A stretch of 64,000 nt of DNA from Gelidibacter sp. (GTDB taxonomy: Bacteria; Bacteroidota; Bacteroidia; Flavobacteriales; Flavobacteriaceae), in NCBI RefSeq assembly GCF_035577925.1, contig NZ_DATJCY010000077.1, forward strand, positions 185 to 64,184, given 5' to 3'. The notes under the pieces are model-generated. The model saw nothing but the letters and a program-made list of their open reading frames with translations, was not told the origin of the DNA and made no database searches. Both the position numbers and the translations under genes were made by a program. This document shows positions 59,800-64,000 of this stretch, in pieces. Every line of letters starts with the position of its first letter. Positions within the stretch are counted from its first letter, which is position 1.

Positions 59800-61872
59800 A
59801 TGAAGAACTATCTTCTTGCTCTAATTAGTGCATTATTGCCAATTTTCATTTTTGCCCAAGATTTAAATATCAAAGGAGAAACATTTAACCCCTCAGCCAA
59901 CATCAACGACGGGGTGATTAAAATAAATGTCAACGGTGGTGTTCCGCCTTATACTTACAGGTGGGACAATCAAAGTACAACATTAAGCTCAAATGAGGCG
60001 ACAGGTTTAACAGAAGGAGTGCCTTATACCGTTATTGTTACAGATGCTGTTGGAAATACAGAAACAGCGGTTTATACAGTAAATAGCGAAGCTATCACAG
60101 AGATTTTTAATGGGTTGATGACGCCAGCAGTAAGTGCTTTGGGCGGTGTTTTGTTTTGGGATCCATTTGCAGCAATCGGTGTTTATGACCCTGTTGTTTA
60201 TTCTGATTTTGAGCATGTTGGCGTTCCTGGTTGGGTGAGTGGCATAGATGATAAATTTACACTTAAGAATTGGTTGCAGCCAAACGAAGCTCATGTTTCT
60301 GTTGATACTCCTATTGCAGTTATTACAGATAGAAACGGGAATGAAATATTGGTCACTTCAAATGCTCAAGGTAAGTTAGAGCACCTTCTTGAAGATGGCC
60401 AAACAATTTATGATTCAGAAAACAAACATCATGTCATTGAAGTTGGTGCACATAATTTTGCTAATATTATCTATGATTCGCCGATAGTATTGACCCATCC
60501 TAATGGTGATCCAATAAAAAAGCCTATTCCTTTTATTGTAATTTGGCTGGTGTTGGGTGCTGCGTTTTTTACGGTCAGAATGGGCTTTATAAACATTCGT
60601 GGTTTTAGGCATGCGATCGATTTAGCTCGTGGAAAATATGACGATCCGAATGCTCCAGGTGAGTTAACTCACTTTCAAGCTTTGGCGACCGCCGTTTCAG
60701 GAACTGTCGGTCTAGGTAATATTGCAGGTGTTGCAGTTGCCGTATCACTCGGTGGTGCAGGTGCAACTTTTTGGATGATTGTATGTGGATTGTTGGGAAT
60801 GTCTACAAAATTTGTGGAATGTACTTTAGGTGTAAAATATAGAGATATTCTTCCTGACGGTCGTGTTTTTGGTGGACCGATGAATTATTTGCGGTACGGA
60901 CTTGAAAAGCGAAATATGAAAGGTTTCGGCAAATTTTTAGCAGGTTTGTTTGCGGTTTTAGCTGTAGGTGCTTCTTTTGGTGGCGGTAATATGTTTCAGG
61001 CTAATCAATCGTTTGAACAGTTGGCAGGGCAATTTCCGGCAATGGCAGATTATGGGTTTTGGTTCGGGATTTTTACGGCTGTATTAGTTGGTGTTGTGAT
61101 TATTGGTGGTATTAATAGTATTGCTAGAGTTACAGGTAGAGTGGTGCCAATCATGGCATCAATTTATATAGTGGCATCATTGGTCATTATTATTATGAAT
61201 ATTGAAAATATTGGCCCAGCTTTCACAGCAATTGTAGATGGTGCCTTTACGCCATCGGCATTAAAAGGTGGTGTGATTGGGGTTTTGGTCGTTGGTTTCC
61301 AAAGGGCAGCCTTTTCTAATGAGGCTGGTGTAGGATCGGCAGCAATTGCACATAGTACCGCAAAGACTAATAATCCACCTTCAGAAGGTTTTGTGGCATT
61401 GATGGAACCCTTTATTGATACCGTTGTAGTTTGTACATTGACCGCTTTGGTTATTATATTTACAGGAATGCACGAGGCTGAAGGTGTTATGGGGGCTCAG
61501 TTGACTTCAAATGCCTTTGGAAGCCAAATTTCGTGGTTTACTTATATATTGACTTTAGCAATTTTCTTATTTGCATTTTCAACCATGATTTCGTGGTCTT
61601 ATTATGGCATGAGAGCTTGGACGTATTTGTTTGGGAAAAGCAAAAAAATGGAATTTGTCTATAAAATGTTATTCTTGGTTTTCGTGGTTATTGGAGCTTC
61701 CGTGAGTTTAGGTGCCGTTCTGGACTTTTCGGATATGATGATTTTGGCCATGTCTTTCCCTAATATTATCGGATTGTACATCATGTCAAAAGAAGTAAAG
61801 TTTGATCTCGATTCGTATCTTCAGAAAATAAAAGCCAACTTGCTTTATAAAAATCAAGGGCCAAATAAATAG
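59800..61872 (+). CDS. Alanine/glycine:cation symporter (AGCS) with extra N-terminal extracytoplasmic domains
   Basis: [80 protein letters not shown]; about 240-aa N-terminal extension. Confidence 0.92.
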   Translation: MKNYLLALISALLPIFIFAQDLNIKGETFNPSANINDGVIKINVNGGVPPYTYRWDNQSTTLSSNEATGLTEGVPYTVIVTDAVGNTETAVYTVNSEAITEIFNGLMTPAVSALGGVLFWDPFAAIGVYDPVVYSDFEHVGVPGWVSGIDDKFTLKNWLQPNEAHVSVDTPIAVITDRNGNEILVTSNAQGKLEHLLEDGQTIYDSENKHHVIEVGAHNFANIIYDSPIVLTHPNGDPIKKPIPFIVIWLVLGAAFFTVRMGFINIRGFRHAIDLARGKYDDPNAPGELTHFQALATAVSGTVGLGNIAGVAVAVSLGGAGATFWMIVCGLLGMSTKFVECTLGVKYRDILPDGRVFGGPMNYLRYGLEKRNMKGFGKFLAGLFAVLAVGASFGGGNMFQANQSFEQLAGQFPAMADYGFWFGIFTAVLVGVVIIGGINSIARVTGRVVPIMASIYIVASLVIIIMNIENIGPAFTAIVDGAFTPSALKGGVIGVLVVGFQRAAFSNEAGVGSAAIAHSTAKTNNPPSEGFVALMEPFIDTVVVCTLTALVIIFTGMHEAEGVMGAQLTSNAFGSQISWFTYILTLAIFLFAFSTMISWSYYGMRAWTYLFGKSKKMEFVYKMLFLVFVVIGASVSLGAVLDFSDMMILAMSFPNIIGLYIMSKEVKFDLDSYLQKIKANLLYKNQGPNK

Positions 61873-61881
61873 AAATATAAC

Positions 61882-62766
61882 ATGATACTAAAATCCCATT
61901 TCAAGTTTTCTAACAGTCAACGGAATGGGATTTTTTTATTGGCTATTCTTATTGTTGTTTTTCAATGTATTTATGTTTTTGTTGATTTTTCTTCGGAAGA
62001 AACCCAGGAGGATTACGTAGTTTTAGAAAAGTTCAGACAGCAAGTAGATTCGTTAAAGCGGGTAAAAGCTGAAATAGAAAAGCCGAAAGTTTATCCTTTT
62101 AATCCTAATTATATTACTGACTTTAGAGGTTATACCTTAGGAATGTCGGTGGATGAAATTGACCGGTTGCTGGAGTTTAGAGCAAAAAATCAATGGATCA
62201 ATTCGGCAAAACAATTTCAGGAAGTAACCAAAATTTCCGATTCTTTATTGGCTGTTTTAGAACCGTCGTTCAGTTTTCCGGCGTGGATTTCCAATACAAA
62301 ACCTTCAATTGACAATTCAAAAAACACCGATCCAAATGCGTTCAAACTAAAATCTTTTGAACAAAAAATAGATTTGAATACTGCCACAGCTCAAGACCTT
62401 CAAAAAGTCAATGGTATTGGACCTAAACTCTCTGAAAACATTATAAAATATCGAAATAAATTTAAAGGAGGTTTCATTTCTGAAATCCAGCTTCAGGATA
62501 TTTATGGTTTGTCGCCAGAGGTTATTGAACGTATTAAAAATGATTTTGCAGTAAAAACGCCGAGAATTATCGAAAAGATAAATCTCAATACCGCTACAAG
62601 AGAGCAATTGGTCACAATTCAGCATATTGATTATGAGATAGCACATTATATTATTGAACAAAGGACGTTGAGAGACAGCTTTAAATCATTTGATGAGTTA
62701 TTGCGTGTTAAAAACTTTCCAATCCAAAAATTTGAGATAATTAAGTTATATTTGACGCTCAATTAA
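61882..62766 (+). CDS. Helix-hairpin-helix (ComEA-like) membrane-anchored DNA-binding protein
   Basis: TM; FNPNYITD; IDLNTATAQDLQKVNGIGPKLSENII; INLNTATREQL. Confidence 0.88.
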   Translation: MILKSHFKFSNSQRNGIFLLAILIVVFQCIYVFVDFSSEETQEDYVVLEKFRQQVDSLKRVKAEIEKPKVYPFNPNYITDFRGYTLGMSVDEIDRLLEFRAKNQWINSAKQFQEVTKISDSLLAVLEPSFSFPAWISNTKPSIDNSKNTDPNAFKLKSFEQKIDLNTATAQDLQKVNGIGPKLSENIIKYRNKFKGGFISEIQLQDIYGLSPEVIERIKNDFAVKTPRIIEKINLNTATREQLVTIQHIDYEIAHYIIEQRTLRDSFKSFDELLRVKNFPIQKFEIIKLYLTLN

Positions 62767-62781
62767 TGACAAATACTGCAT

Positions 62782-63948
62782 ATGAACAGCATGTACTTCA
62801 CAGAAGAACATCAACTTTTTAGACAAAGTTTACAGAATTTTTTAAAAAAAGAGGTCGTACCTCATATTGATAAATGGGAAAAAACTGGAACCATTGAACG
62901 CTTTATTTGGAAAAAATTTGGCGACATGGGTTTTTTTGGAATTAATTACCCAGAAGCTTATGGAGGCCTTAATCTAGACTTGTTTTACACGGTGATCTTT
63001 CTTGAGGAATTGCAAAAAATAAACTCCGGAGGTTTTGCGGCTGCTATGTGGGCGCATGCTTATCTTGCTATGACCCATCTTAATAAAGAAGGGAGCCATG
63101 AGATAAAAGAACGGTATTTAGTACCTAGCATTGCTGGCGATAAAATAGGTTGTTTGTGCATAACAGAACCTTTTGCTGGGAGTGATGTTGCCGGCATGCG
63201 CACAACTGCCGAAAAAGTTGGAGACACATACATTATCAATGGTTCAAAGACTTTTATCACCAACGGCGTGTATAGTGATTATTTGGTGGTTGCTGCCAAA
63301 ACTGATGTAGAAGCCGGGCATAAAGGCATGAGTATATTTGTGATGGATAGAAGTACGCCGGGAATTTCGGCGTCCAAACTTGATAAATTGGGATGGAGAG
63401 CATCAGATACCGGAGAGATTTCATTTGATAATGTAGTTATTCCTGCCGATCAACTTATGGGCGAAGAAGGAAAGGGATTTCCATACATTATGCAACATTT
63501 TGCTTTAGAACGATTGATTATGGGCATTAATGCACATGCAAGAGCGGAGTTTGCTTTGGAATATACCCTTAAATATATGTCAGAACGAACCGCTTTTGGT
63601 AAAACTATTGATAAGTTTCAGGCATTACGTCATAAAATTGCCGATTTTTATTCGGAAATGGAAATCAGTAAAGAATTTAATTACTCAGTAGCTTATCGTT
63701 TAAACAAAGGAGAGTATGTGGTCAAGGAAGCGACGATGTCAAAATTGCATGCTACCAAAATGGCCGATGAGGTCATTTATGGTTGCCTTCAGTTTTTAGG
63801 AGGATATGGCTATATGGAAGATTATCCATTGGCACGTTTGCTTCGCGATAGCCGACTTGGACCAATTGGTGGAGGCACTTCTGAAATTTTGAGAGAAATT
63901 ATCGCTAAAATGGTGATTGATAAAAAGGACTATAAACCAGTGACTTAA
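62782..63948 (+). CDS. Acyl-CoA dehydrogenase
   Basis: CITEPFAGSDVAG, INGSKTFITNG, KLGWRASDT, FALERL, QFLGGYGYM, PIGGGTSEI. Confidence 0.95.
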   Translation: MNSMYFTEEHQLFRQSLQNFLKKEVVPHIDKWEKTGTIERFIWKKFGDMGFFGINYPEAYGGLNLDLFYTVIFLEELQKINSGGFAAAMWAHAYLAMTHLNKEGSHEIKERYLVPSIAGDKIGCLCITEPFAGSDVAGMRTTAEKVGDTYIINGSKTFITNGVYSDYLVVAAKTDVEAGHKGMSIFVMDRSTPGISASKLDKLGWRASDTGEISFDNVVIPADQLMGEEGKGFPYIMQHFALERLIMGINAHARAEFALEYTLKYMSERTAFGKTIDKFQALRHKIADFYSEMEISKEFNYSVAYRLNKGEYVVKEATMSKLHATKMADEVIYGCLQFLGGYGYMEDYPLARLLRDSRLGPIGGGTSEILREIIAKMVIDKKDYKPVT

Positions 63949-64000
63949 TTTATTTGAATCATCGTTTTAGCGAAAATACAATTCATTTACGCTAAAATGG

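Overview
Core-genome segment of an AT-rich Flavobacteriaceae (Bacteroidota) chromosome. The assignment rests on gldKLMN, xrtF, TAnnTTTG promoter elements and gene order. It holds about 55 CDS: kynurenine pathway (kmo fragment, kynU), msrA, lpxK, lipA-gap, two ECF sigma factors, aqpZ, murB, valS, mreBCD-mrdA-rodA, purH, the exosortase F pair, a HYC_CC_PP/TonB receptor/HMA metal module, groESL, a miaB-sigma54 activator-lptE-TPR-secG operon, topA, gldKLMN (gliding/T9SS), an ABC-F ATPase, an unusual alanine/glycine:cation symporter and an acyl-CoA dehydrogenase. I saw no rRNA, tRNA, CRISPR array, transposase, integrase or prophage. The best leads, all hypotheses until tested, are: (1) a sigma54 -24/-12 promoter at groES plus a TGACA-N3-TG/TTxCA box that recurs over the -33 element of the operon encoding a sensor-less sigma54 activator, suggesting a HrcA/sigma32-independent chaperone circuit; (2) HYC_CC_PP as a possible metal-sensing, ribosome-stalling leader for a TonB receptor; (3) an AGCS transporter fused to SprB-like and lipoyl-like extracytoplasmic domains; (4) aqpZ with ATG replaced by AAG; (5) a probably inactive arginase-fold protein before gldK; (6) several REP-like repeat families. 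All calls come from reading motifs by eye; no database searches were run.
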